A stretch of 63,135 nt of DNA, filler included, from Sphacelaria rigidula (Eukaryota), in assembly GCA_964200075.2 (NCBI GenBank). It is 8 parts of 8 records of this genome, joined end to end, with 100 filler letters (N's around TTAATTAATTAA, not from the genome) between each part and the next. Parts side by side here need not be neighbours in the genome. Positions count along the whole stretch, not along the records: positions 1 to 7,805 come from CAXNAA020013399.1; positions 7,906 to 15,710 come from CAXNAA020013400.1; 6 more parts are not named here. One strand, given 5' to 3'. Positions 1 through 10,700 of this stretch are shown here, one piece after another. The translations under genes were made by a program, and so were the position numbers. Each line of letters opens with the position of its first letter. The first letter of the stretch is position 1. The notes below the pieces were generated by a model. The model was not told the DNA's origin. It worked only from the letters and a program-made list of their open reading frames with translations, and searched no databases.

Positions 1-620
1 TCTGGCCACTATCTCCTAGTATAGATATCGTCTTCTCCCTACTGCTTAATGCATCAAACGATTGCATACCACCTTCGTTCACGTCCCGGATTTCCCCCTC
101 TAGCACGCCCCGCGCCGTCCCGTTCGGATAGGGGGGGAAGGGTTCATAGGTGTGTGTGTGCGTGTGTGTTCTCGTGCACCCCCGACATCCCTTCAAATTG
201 TGAGACAGTGGCGTACATATCAGGACGCAAACGGCGGTAAAGGGCGAGGGAAGAGAGGACTACGGGGTCACAGAGTCTCCATCGCCCCCCATGCAGCGCT
301 GTTCTCACCTCCAGCTTGTAGCCGAAAGTCTGTGAAGCACCCGTCATGATTGTTTCGGTCGTGTCGCCTGGACCCCGAACCAGCAATCCTCCCGTGTCCG
401 TGGGCAGCGCGGATGGAAGTGGTGTCGGCCCCACGTACACCTCGCCGACTGATATCATACTGCCGGCAAAGGTGGCACATGAGCACACGCGAGGTCGGAG
501 TCATTGGTGTAAGCTACACCTGGCACATCAGATATATGTCGCGAGTGATCAAATCCGATCCAGTACCTGCACGTCGGCCAAAGACGCGGGCTAAGGATCG
601 CGATACCTCGAGCAAATATT
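1..620 (-). mobile_element. Copy of dispersed non-autonomous repeat 'B' (cut by contig start)
   Basis: Reverse complement of ~50364-50970, e.g. CACTATCTCCTAGTATAGATATCGTCTTCTCCCTACTGCTTAATGCATCAAACG. Both copies stop at the same point (...TCGAGCAARTATT). Confidence 0.9.
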
Positions 621-639
621 CGGTTTTTCGGGGGCTCAC

Positions 640-820
640 CGTTGACATCCCCGACTGAAGAGTCTTTTGGAAGGCCCTCTCCATACGGCCCTCAACCTCG
701 ATCGCGAGACCGCGGTTGTGAAGGATGAGCTCCGTGGGAGGATCAAGCTCGAGAGCGACCTCCGGTGTCTGCGTGCTCCCCACCCCGATCACCATCACGA
801 CATCTCCCGGCAGGGAGAAC
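640..820 (-). CDS. Isolated putative exon with weak resemblance to the SAM-binding segment of N4/N6 DNA methyltransferases
   Basis: Acceptor gacAG|G and donor G|GTGAGC bound a 181-nt open frame: FSLPGDVVMVIGVGSTQTPEVALELDPPTELILHNRGLAIEVEGRMERAFQKTLQSGMST. Confidence 0.3.
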
Positions 821-1163
821 CTGTCTTACGACAGTACGATGGTCCCGACGTCATGACAGATTCACCACAATCGATCACTGTGAGGAGCACTCTGAATTCG
901 ATGATTCCCGCTCGAAGCTTGGCTGAGACTTGTCCCAACATGTATTACCCCGCAAGGCACGTGCAGGGGGGAGGGAGGGAGGGGCTCTCACCGACAGATG
1001 CTGTATGTACCTTACGGGGTTGATAGCACTGCATTACTTCGTTGTGTCCTCAAATCTTGTAATAATGTTCAGTCGTGGCGAGAAAGCGAGGAACCGTGTA
1101 GTCATAATCATGGTCTGTGTCATACAACCCACGTCACACTTTCGCGCAGTCAGCAATGCGATA

Positions 1164-1764
1164 CGAGCTGGGCCAGCCTAGAAGCGGATTTGAAGTTTGC
1201 AGGCCCATGCTTCCGCCAATACCTAGAGTCGGACCCTGAAATTTTGGTATGGACAATGAATAGGGCACGAAAAAAAATACTACATCGGCACCAGAAGTTT
1301 TTATCATTCGTTTCAGGTATCAGTAAAATACTGGAATCTCTACGACACTCCCGATCGATGCATTTAGCGGATGGAGACGAATTTTGGTGTGGAGAACGCA
1401 AAAGAGCCGAATGAAGAGCAAAATGGGCCTGCATTTTTTTTCCGTAGAGGTTTAGGCGTTCTCGTGAAGAAATGGTCTTTACCGTAGTATAACGCCCTAA
1501 AGCAGTGAAGAGAAATGAAAAAAATCAACCCGACCCACTTTGTCCTCTTGATTATGCGCTCAGAGAGCGCCCAACCAAAATATAATGCACGAAGATCAAA
1601 GATAGGCCAGTGAGTGGCCTGCGAAATACTGTCCCGAATTTCTACCGACCCGGCTTTTAAAAGGCCCATGCTCTCGCCAATGTTTGGGGTTGGACCTTGA
1701 AATTTGGTACGGACAGTGCATAGGGCATGGAAACAAAATTACATCGGCACCAATTTTCATTTTT
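1164..1764 (+). mobile_element. Tc1/mariner-type non-autonomous element (MITE family A), left part
   Basis: Begins TA|CGAGCTGGGCCAGCCTAGAAGCGGATTTGAAG. Homologous to 49293-49836 and 49960-50363. Internal repeat 1201-1250 matches 1662-1710. Truncated at the gypsy fragment. Confidence 0.75.
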
Positions 1765-4570
1765 TAGTCGCTTACCAGGCGAAACGAGTCCTTCTGCGGA
1801 ACCGCCATAGCCGGACTGGACCACACCGCCTGCAAGTTTCGGAACACCAACCCGAGCGCGAAAAGAACCGCCATGCACGACGCCAACCAACTCGACTTCA
1901 CCGGATCGTACCGCCCCGGCTTCGTCTTCACCGCGGACGCCCCTGGTTTAAGCTGAACATGCATGGGCTCCACGCGCGCACGGGGATCACCCCGCAGCGC
2001 ACGAAGGAACGCGTTGACGCGGCGATGCAATATGCCGCGCAGGCGCTCCACTTTCGAGACACTGAGGCCTCTTGCTACAGCATCCATCACGCTCTCCTCC
2101 AGCGCGACTTTCCGAGCAGACTCCTCTTTCGCCGGATCCATGAAAATGTCCGGGCCGCGCTCCACAAAGCGTTCCACCGTCGCATCCCGCTCCCCGGTTA
2201 CCTGCGCCCAAGCCTCCTGAGAAGCATTCACCGACAAGCTCACGCGACAACTGGCCAAAACGGCGGGCGTCCTCACGCGCGGACCAGGCGAAGACATCCG
2301 CGTCTTCATGGAGTCCAACAAACGCGTATACGGATCGACTCCAAGATCCTGAAGCGCCGGCAACCCCAGAAGAATGACGCCATCTGACCCCGGCATGATT
2401 CCAAACGAGATCGGAGGCAACGGCGGCGGCCCCCAGGCAGTCGTGAAAATTAGCTGCAGCGGAACAGTACGCTCCGTGACGGGAACAACTGACCCGACGC
2501 GGTGACGGCCTGCCGCGCCCCGAGCGAAAACGGGATGCGCAGCGGCACACCCGGGAGAAAACACTCCAGCATTTCTGTAATCTGCACTAACAGACTCGTG
2601 AAGTGGGCGCCAGAATCCAACACAGTCCGCACCGGAATGGATCCACGCTCCCGTTGATTTGGAAGACACAGCTCCGCAGGAACGTGCTTGTCCGCAAATT
2701 CCACTGGTGCTTCATCCGCCGACCGGTGCGCCGCTAACCCCACTTGACGCCACGGCTGCGCAAGCTGCGGAGGCGAAGACGCCCCGGTAGGTTCAAACGG
2801 CACCGCCGGCGGGTACGACCCCCAGCCAGCAGATCAAGAATTTGGCGAAACCCCGACCAGCGCATCAGCAGGCGTCGCGCCTGGCGCTGCTCCCGGCCTC
2901 GCCACCGGCGCCACCACCGGCGCCGGCGCAGTGTTCGACACTGTGGAAGTCGATCCCACCTGCATCGCCCGTTGCGGAGCAGCAGCACTTACGGCGACAC
3001 CGGACCCAGAACCAGACCCATACTGACGATGCTGATCCTGCCGCAGCTGCCGCTGCAGCTGCCGCTGCTGCTGCTGCTGCTGCTGAGAACGCGACTGCGA
3101 CGCTCCACCGCCGGAGGATCCGCCGCCGCCACCTCTCCGATCACCTCGTCCTTTGCCCTCGTGCTGACGATGCTGATGGCGTGTGGCATGAGACTGCCCA
3201 GACTCCCCACCGGAAGACGTTGGGCAATCGCGCGCGTAATGGCCGACCTGGCCACAGCGGTGGCAAGTGATGGTCGCGGCGCGACCGGCCGATTTCGAGC
3301 CGTGGGTGCGCAAAGACTTCGGCGTGGAGGTGGACGACTGGCCGAACACCTCTACCTTCCGCAACTCTTTGGCCTCGGCCACGACAGTGTCCACTACCAG
3401 GTAAGGGTCGGCCTCCCAATATGTTTCGTGCTGCAACTTGATGAGCACGGCTTGCTTGCATTTTTCTGGCGCCAACCCCTCCACCGAAGCCTTGGTGATT
3501 ACTGCAGCCGGGCTGGGAATGAACTCACCATCGGGGGGACGATATACTAGTTCCACGTTCGGGTTTTATGAGGGGTGTTTCTCCAGATTAGGCAGGATTG
3601 GCTCCACCCGCTCTTGCACCGTCTTTCCCGGGGACTCCGTGGCGACAACTTTCGCCACGGCCGCAGACGCTTGGGTCAACTCCACCATGGCGTCCGCCGC
3701 GTGCCCAGCATGCTTTTTGATCGCCGCAACCCATTGTGGCGAGGTTATTGTGTTCTCATCATGTTCCACACGACCAAACACTCCCTGCATATGCATCGGC
3801 ACTTGTTGAGCCATCGACACTACCTGATGTCGCACAGCACCCCCTGCGTTAGCGTGCTCCACACGCTTCTTGTACTCCAAGTACTTGGTGTAGAAAGTGC
3901 GAGATGCACTCTCGGAGTACCTATCCCCGTATTGGGGAGGTCGCAAGTCTTCCCGCATAACCACGGGCGGCACGCCGGACGCAGCACGCGAGCCGGTCGC
4001 CATAGCAGCAGCCGGCTATCTGCGAACCTTTCGCCGGCCAGCGGACCGTCGCGAATTGCACACTTCACCCTTGCTTCGTCACCGCACCACACAGTCATAG
4101 GAGCCTTCAAACTCCCGCAGCACGCAGCTTCAGCAAGTCTCTAGTCTTGATCAATCACAGGCCAGCCGCTTTTCTGCAGCCACCTCAGCTTGAACCCCCT
4201 CCACGCGTCTGGTGAATCAGATTGTCCCCAGCTACCAGACTCTTCCGCCGAAACTCTTCCAGTAGGTTCCGCTAGGTACTAGCACTAGTACTCATACCGA
4301 TATTGTGACGCTAGCGAGAAAAAGAACTGGTGGATCGCTGCTGTTGAGGGACTCCCCAGTCTCACCGGCCTCAGTTTCGGTTGTCAGCCTTTGCAACATT
4401 TCATTATGTGGAGTGCCCTTGCAAGCACAGCCTCATAGACCCGCAGGGTATCATCCCCGTGTCCTCGGTCATTATCCAGATTCCTCCCAGAATCCTCCAG
4501 GATTCCCGTGCCCCCGGTCATTATCCAGATCATCACTACCAACTTGACGTAACGGCGTAATTTCCTCACA
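1764..4570 (-). mobile_element. Ty3/gypsy LTR retrotransposon, 5' half (LTR, gag, protease, start of RT), decayed
   Basis: gag 4003-2834 has an in-frame stop at 3566 and a CCHC knuckle CHRCGQVGHYARDC. Protease motifs are VLDSGA and ILLG. The RT start WSSPAMAVPQKDSFRLVSD follows, in gag-PR-RT order with frameshifts. Confidence 0.9.
4304..4570 (-). repeat. Putative 5' LTR (267 bp) of the gypsy element
   Basis: On the minus strand it starts TGTGA and ends TCACA. It is followed by a degenerate PBS-like CGGTATGAG upstream of gag. Only one LTR is present, so the boundaries are unconfirmed. Confidence 0.6.
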
Positions 4571-6545
4571 GGATTTGATTAATCGATTGATTGTCGCACT
4601 TTAACTGACCACCCATGGGTCCAGTCGTGGTCGCACGATAGACGTACCCAAGAAAAGCAAAACTGAGAAACTCGCTCAAGAAAAGAAGGAACAGAAAAAA
4701 GTCAAACAGGACGACATAGTAGACTATGACGTGAAAAATACGGAGAAAAAAAAAGCAAAGCACAAAAAGAGATGGCCGACCTAAAAAAGAAGGACAGAAA
4801 AAAGAAAGTGAAATAAAATAATTCAAAAGGAAAAATGCCAAGGGATTCAGGCCAGCAGAGTAGATACAGACACACACCAGTGGACATTGCAGAGCCACCG
4901 ACTGAGGACATAATCAACAACCGATATGAGCAGACAGGATTATTCGATTAGCAGCCCTCGACGCAGCAGCCTCTCGCTTGTGACGGTGGTCTGATTCTCG
5001 TTTGTCCGCGCGTCGCCACGTGTCTTCAAACTCTTCCGCTTCTTTTTCGACCCCAATATGCCATTTGCCTATGTTCTTCGCCGCAGTGACCCAATCGTAT
5101 ACATCGTTAACCTCTACACCCTAGACGAACCACCTACGTCGGGCTTCTTTGTGCGGGACAGCCCCTGGCGCACGTAGGTTCTACTCTAGGGTATCCTGCC
5201 ATTGCTTGGGGGGACGACCGGCCTCCTTGGGTCCTCGTGTGGAAAGCCGACTGTTCATGACGCGTTTAGGCAGGCATGTGTCCTTTTGCCGGACAAGGGC
5301 TCCTGCGAACCAGAGTTGGCGTTTTCGGATAGTCGTCTCGATACGTTCGCAGTTGGATCTCGAGCACCACTCTGTACGAAAGAGTCTTGTAGCCAATTCA
5401 ATATTTCCTGCAGAATCCAACCGCTCGCAGCAGGAGCTTGTGATGGGCAGTCCACAGACTGTCGAAGTCCTCAGAACGTAGCATCCGTGTGGCACATTCA
5501 TACAACAGAGCTTCTACCACCCCCGCTTTAAGCAGTCGAAATTTTATGGATAGCTCGCGTTGGGTCGGTCGTAGAGTTGGGAGCTATATTTTCGGATACG
5601 CGCCCACACCGCGCTGACACGGCGGTTGATTTTAATGGACGTTTTCGCATCCGCGCTGATAGCCCCACCAAGGTAGATGGACTTCCGCGTCTGCTATACC
5701 GTTGAGCGACAGCTTTGATATCCAGGGCGGCCTCCGTGGGACTGGGTAGTGATCAAAGCCGCATGGACCCTGTCGTGCTCTCGGAGACCATCAGGCCGAA
5801 TTCCTGGCAGGTAATCACTATCACGGCCATCATTCGAGCAAGGTCTTTTGCGGTCTTCGAGGCTATGCCGGCGTCATCCGCATAAAGCATTGCCCACACC
5901 GCGCGTCGCACCTTTCCCAGCGGTGTCTCTTCCACGGGTTCACCACCGTCACCTTTTGGTGCATCATCTAGAAATACCAAGTCTGAGACGATGACTGGGT
6001 CCGCAGCAGAACGCTGAACGATCACTTCCGCCAATCCTGCTCCGAAGATGTTGAATAACAGCGGAGATGAGACGCAACTTTGTCTGAGCCCCTGGCAAAC
6101 GTGGAACCACGCTGATAGTTCGCCACTATCTAGCTGTACCCGAGCTCGCATGCCGTCGTGAAACATACGGATGATCGTGATCATTCGCAACGGGACTCCG
6201 AACCGAGGAAGCACTTCCCACGGGAGCGTGCGGTCCACAGAATCGTGGGCTTTTTGCAGATCGATAAAGCACATGTTTATTGGGATGTTGCTCGCCCGTC
6301 CCAACTCCTGGAGTTGTCGTACTACGAGCATCATGTCTATCGTTGATCTTTGGCGCCTAAATCTACACTGCTCTTCTGGGAAGACATCTGTTTCCTCAAA
6401 ACAATTACCGAGCCTGTTGGCTACGATTTTGAGGAGAACTTAAGCAGTATGTGCCACAAGAGAAATGCCTCTGTAGTTACTACACCGGGTCCTATCTTGT
6501 TTTTTGTGTAGCACTTTGATGGTGACCTGTTTCCATTCTTGCGGC
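4571..6545 (-). mobile_element. RTE-clade LINE, 5'-truncated and decayed, with 3' UTR and (AATC)n-like tail
   Basis: RT motifs [44 protein letters not shown] and LYADD. C-terminal IRKRQLWFAG...LPKRVM...GRPPKQWQD. Tail reads GACAATCAATCGATTAATCAAATC. Confidence 0.9.
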
Positions 6546-7604
6546 ACCTCGCCAGATGCTCAAACCGCAGAGACAGTGCTGTGGAAGGGGTACAGAATGT
6601 CCGACGCCTCCCCGTTAAGTCACAAGAAGCAGGTTCAACCTCACCGCGATCGATGTTGAACCACATTTTCGAGAAGTCCCTTTCACATGACATTGACAAA
6701 TCGGTATGTGGTAGTAGTGACTACATTCCAATCCATCATAACGAATAACAGAAAAAATGGGAAGGGATTCTTTATGGGAATGACCAAAACATACTCGGGC
6801 TCGAAATCGTGCGAAATGGCAACCCTCTAAGGCGCCGCCGAGACTGGAGGTCGCCAAAACTTTGAAGAACCGAACTCAGGGAAAAAAAGGTCTCCTTCAG
6901 AGTGGGTTTAACATCGCGGTGACATTGAACCTGCTTTTGGAATATCATCATTCCCGCAAAAATAACTCGAGTTAGGAAAGCACTTGCAGCTAGTTTATTT
7001 GTGTTGAAATCCAAGGGGTGGCTGGGCGAATCCAATTCATTCGGTGTACAGGCGTATCGACGACGATGCTACCGGAGGAGGAATGAATGGTTGAGAGGAT
7101 TTGCCTCATCCGTATCCTTTTCGTGTGTTCGTTCGTCGATTCTTAATCGGTCGAGAAATTGGCATAGGTTACCACCACATAGACCTTTTGTCAGCTCTTT
7201 GGTCGTCACAAGAACGGCAGACGGTTAGTTGTACAGCCCCCCAGCACAAGGTGGGTTGATTTGCCGCATGTTGACTGATGTAGTTGTGTCTTCTGTATGC
7301 CGCGCTCACCACCAGTGCAAAGATCGACTCCTTTCTGCCTCTCTTTTTGGACAGGGCGTGCCTCTGTGCACCTCAGAACACGTCGTCGGAAGCAGAGTGA
7401 TGTTTCCATCACCGCGATACTGTTACCATGTACAAACGTGTGAGCAGTAATAACGGTTCCGCAAAGATTCACTCGCTCGTTGGGTGGTGTTATCGTTCAT
7501 TTTGGCGTACGGATTGCTGCAAGGACAGCAGTACACATTCGGGTTGGGGAAATAGAGCAGAGAACACAGGGCCATGGAGACTTTTGGCATGCCAAGTGAA
7601 ACGG

Positions 7605-7805
7605 GCACACCCTGGACAATGGACACAATAATAGTTCATTGCTTCAGCAATAGACACGGGGAAAAATATATCGATACGTATTATCGAACACGATAGATGG
7701 TGAAAGACATCTATTGATATGCATTGCAAGGAACAATAGATGTTGCAATAGTCGATCGATAGCCTATGGCAATTACAATAGATGAAGATCACTCGCCATC
7801 GATGG
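7605..7805 (+). mobile_element. Left end of a small foldback MITE (same terminus as 37864-38070)
   Basis: GCACACCCTGGACAATG is identical to the reverse complement of 38054-38070. Confidence 0.55.
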
Positions 7806-7905
7806 NNNNNNNNNNNNNNNNNNNNNNNNNNNNNNNNNNNNNNNNNNNNTTAATTAATTAANNNNNNNNNNNNNNNNNNNNNNNNNNNNNNNNNNNNNNN
7901 NNNNN
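7806..7905. other. Artificial contig spacer (N44-TTAATTAATTAA-N44); identical spacers at 15711-15810, 23616-23715, 31521-31620, 39425-39524, 47329-47428 and 55233-55332
   Basis: Seven identical 100-bp spacers carry a six-frame stop linker. The intervening segments are 7805-7803 bp in descending length order. Confidence 0.98.
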
Positions 7906-9887
7906 ACCACATGACTGTGCAGGGCTTTGCCGACGTGCCTACACAGCGCTGCAAATCCAACCCTGGGGAAAACCCTATCAAAACGCTGCGACGGGTACAG
8001 ATTTTGCATTTCACTGTCAGGGTTTTTTCACAAAGACTGTGGAGGACCCTGTATGGACCCTGCACAGTGCGCCCCACAGGGTGCTATCTGTCCACGTGTG
8101 CTCCAAGAACATTGCAGGGGAAGACACCATGCATCACCAACCGGAAATTTCGGGCAGGATTTCGCTCCCTCTTTAGAAGGAAATTTGTGCTAGATGCCGT
8201 CGCGATGGGGGATAGTACAAATATGACATATGTTGTCCACATTCAGGGCTTTCATTCAAGCTATGGATCGTTACTGAACTCGTGATATATCAAGAGATAT
8301 GTTCAAGTATGATCGGCACCAAATCACAGTTGTTTACTGTTTGGATTTTTTGCTGTCAGTATTCGAGAAAATGTCTGACTACTTACATTATTTAGTTCAG
8401 TGCGTTTCATTCAACTCCATCAGGAGGTTACCGTATGGGCTCGGAGCCCATGACCTCAGCATGCTCACTTCTCCGTGCTGTTCACAATAGCCGACACTCC
8501 AGCATTCTTCCTCTGTCTGAAGCTTCCCTACATTCCTCCTCTTCCGCCTTCAGGCTTGATTTTCTAGGTGAGATTGGTTTCGTTGCCGTCCAGGTCTATG
8601 ATTTCAGCTGCGAAAGTAGGGGAGGTACTTGTGTCATCAAAGACGCTTGCACGCCGTTACCTAGCTGGTCTAGAACTGGCGACTTGTACACCACCTGCTA
8701 CAGTAGGGTTATATGCATCCGGGCGAGGGATCTTCCTTGTATCTGACCATCTCCGTCTCAGCTAACCTCCTCTCTCGTCCTGGAATCTCAGTATAGACCT
8801 CGAACTATTGCTGGGTGACCTTATCCCTCCGACTGCGAGCGTCGCTTCGGAACAGTTTTACGAGTAGACAGTTCAAGCACACGCAGGAGTTTTCAGGGGA
8901 CACAGGGGATTGTTTTCGGGACGGGACGGGGGAAGGTAGCGCCACAATCATGGACAGTGCAGGCAGTACCACGCTGCACGCTGCACAAGTTATGCTTACG
9001 TCACATGGTGAGCAGATAGAACCGATTTTCCTGCGCTGTCTGTACTGCATGTTGCCCGCTCATTCTTTAAATGATTCTACTTTCCGAAACACGCACCCAC
9101 ACACCCAGACACACTCCATGCAAAGAGTGCAGACACTCCAGACTGGCTGTACTGTACACATGGGACGAAGTATCGTTTCACGAATTTCACTGCCTTTTTC
9201 CGATTGAACGCTTGAAAATTCGCTTGGATCCACCTCGACAAAACGAGCGAATTTCGCTCATGTCAATTCCACCGCCCCATGTTTTCGATCGAAAACAGTT
9301 GTGCTAAGACACGCCCTCAGGGTTGGAGCGATTCATCCATCGAATTTTTCCTAGTCCACCCTACTTTTCCAATGAGCATTACCCAAAGAAGGTACAACAT
9401 GGTGCTTTGAGAGCAGGAGAGGGCGACGCATTTTTCGTTTTGAGGCGCGGCGCAGCATGCAGGCTGAACACCTCAAAAATACGTTCCGGCGCCTCAGCCC
9501 CATGCACAAGGTGTCTGGGCAGGATGCCCGACGCTGTTTATCAATTCTCAAACATCGTACTATAGTACGCATCAGCACTTGAGAGTCGGGCAGTTGAGAA
9601 ATTGATGCTGAAATTCTCGGCATCATTGCCATTTACATGTAAGCATTTGTGTTTAACTCGATGAGAAATTGGATATATGCAGTTGTGTTGAAATTGAAGA
9701 GAAAATGAGACGCGAGCCTTAGCCAACATAGGAGTTTCTTGAATGCTGACGCGTGCTGTGGGCTCAACTACGACGGGGGAAAAGACAGCCCATGAGAGTA
9801 CATTCGTGAACAAACGAAGAGAGCACACCCTGCTCTCTGCTCAAAGTTATCCTTGCCCTCTTTAGTTCACCTGTAGTCCCTTATAAT

Positions 9888-10700
9888 CAAGGATGGGGAA
9901 AACCCCGGAGGTTCCATATAACCCACCGGGTATGACCTAAAATCACGTTTTGGTATAACCCACCGGTTATAACCGCAACCGCGAGGGGACGAAACCGCCT
10001 CATCCCCGGGGTTTCTAGCTTTGTGGTGCGCGCGTACCGCCGGTACGTGGTTGTATATCCCTGACCCTCGTGTTCTGTGCGTTTATCGAAGAAAAAATGG
10101 CTGTTGTACGATACCCTGTGCACCTGCACCTGCTGCTGTGGCCTGGTAGGTACAGAGCGCAGAGAGTACAGACTTCTGGGCGAACAACAAGCAGTTTATG
10201 GCTTTATTTTTAGATTTTTTATTTAGTTTAGAACCAAGAAAATGACCAAGCAGAAAACAAGTTCCATGTGCTAGGATCATGCGCACTCAATAAATCACGA
10301 CGCAGATCGTATCTGCTACTTTGCAACGCTTGCACTTGACTACCATCCTGCCTGGTTGGACGATTGTTGTGTGATGGTAACCAGCTGCAAGATTACTGCG
10401 CGGCCCTCAAGACAATCGGGCTCATTAGAAATGGAGATGGGGGTCTGCAGGGATCCCCATGGGCCAGATGCCATGGTGTGTGTGGTCTGCCGTCTGCTGT
10501 GCTGCTGTTGCTGCCGTCTGCGGTGTGCTGTTGTGCTGCGTGAAAAGTATGAATAGGGGAGGGGGGGCTGGTGGTGGCATCCGGGGTAGGGGGGGGCACC
10601 GTCACTCGAAACACCGGATATAACCCTGGGAAACCCGTATAACCCACCCGCCAACTCCATAATAACCGATTATCACCGGGTACGGGTTTTCCCATTCTTG
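9888..10700. mobile_element. Complete hAT-type non-autonomous element (813 bp)
   Basis: TIRs are CAAGGATGGGGAAAACCC and rc CAAGAATGGGAAAACCC. A perfect 8-bp TSD CTTATAAT lies at 9880-9887 and 10701-10708. Subterminal TATAACCCACC repeats are present. Confidence 0.9.
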
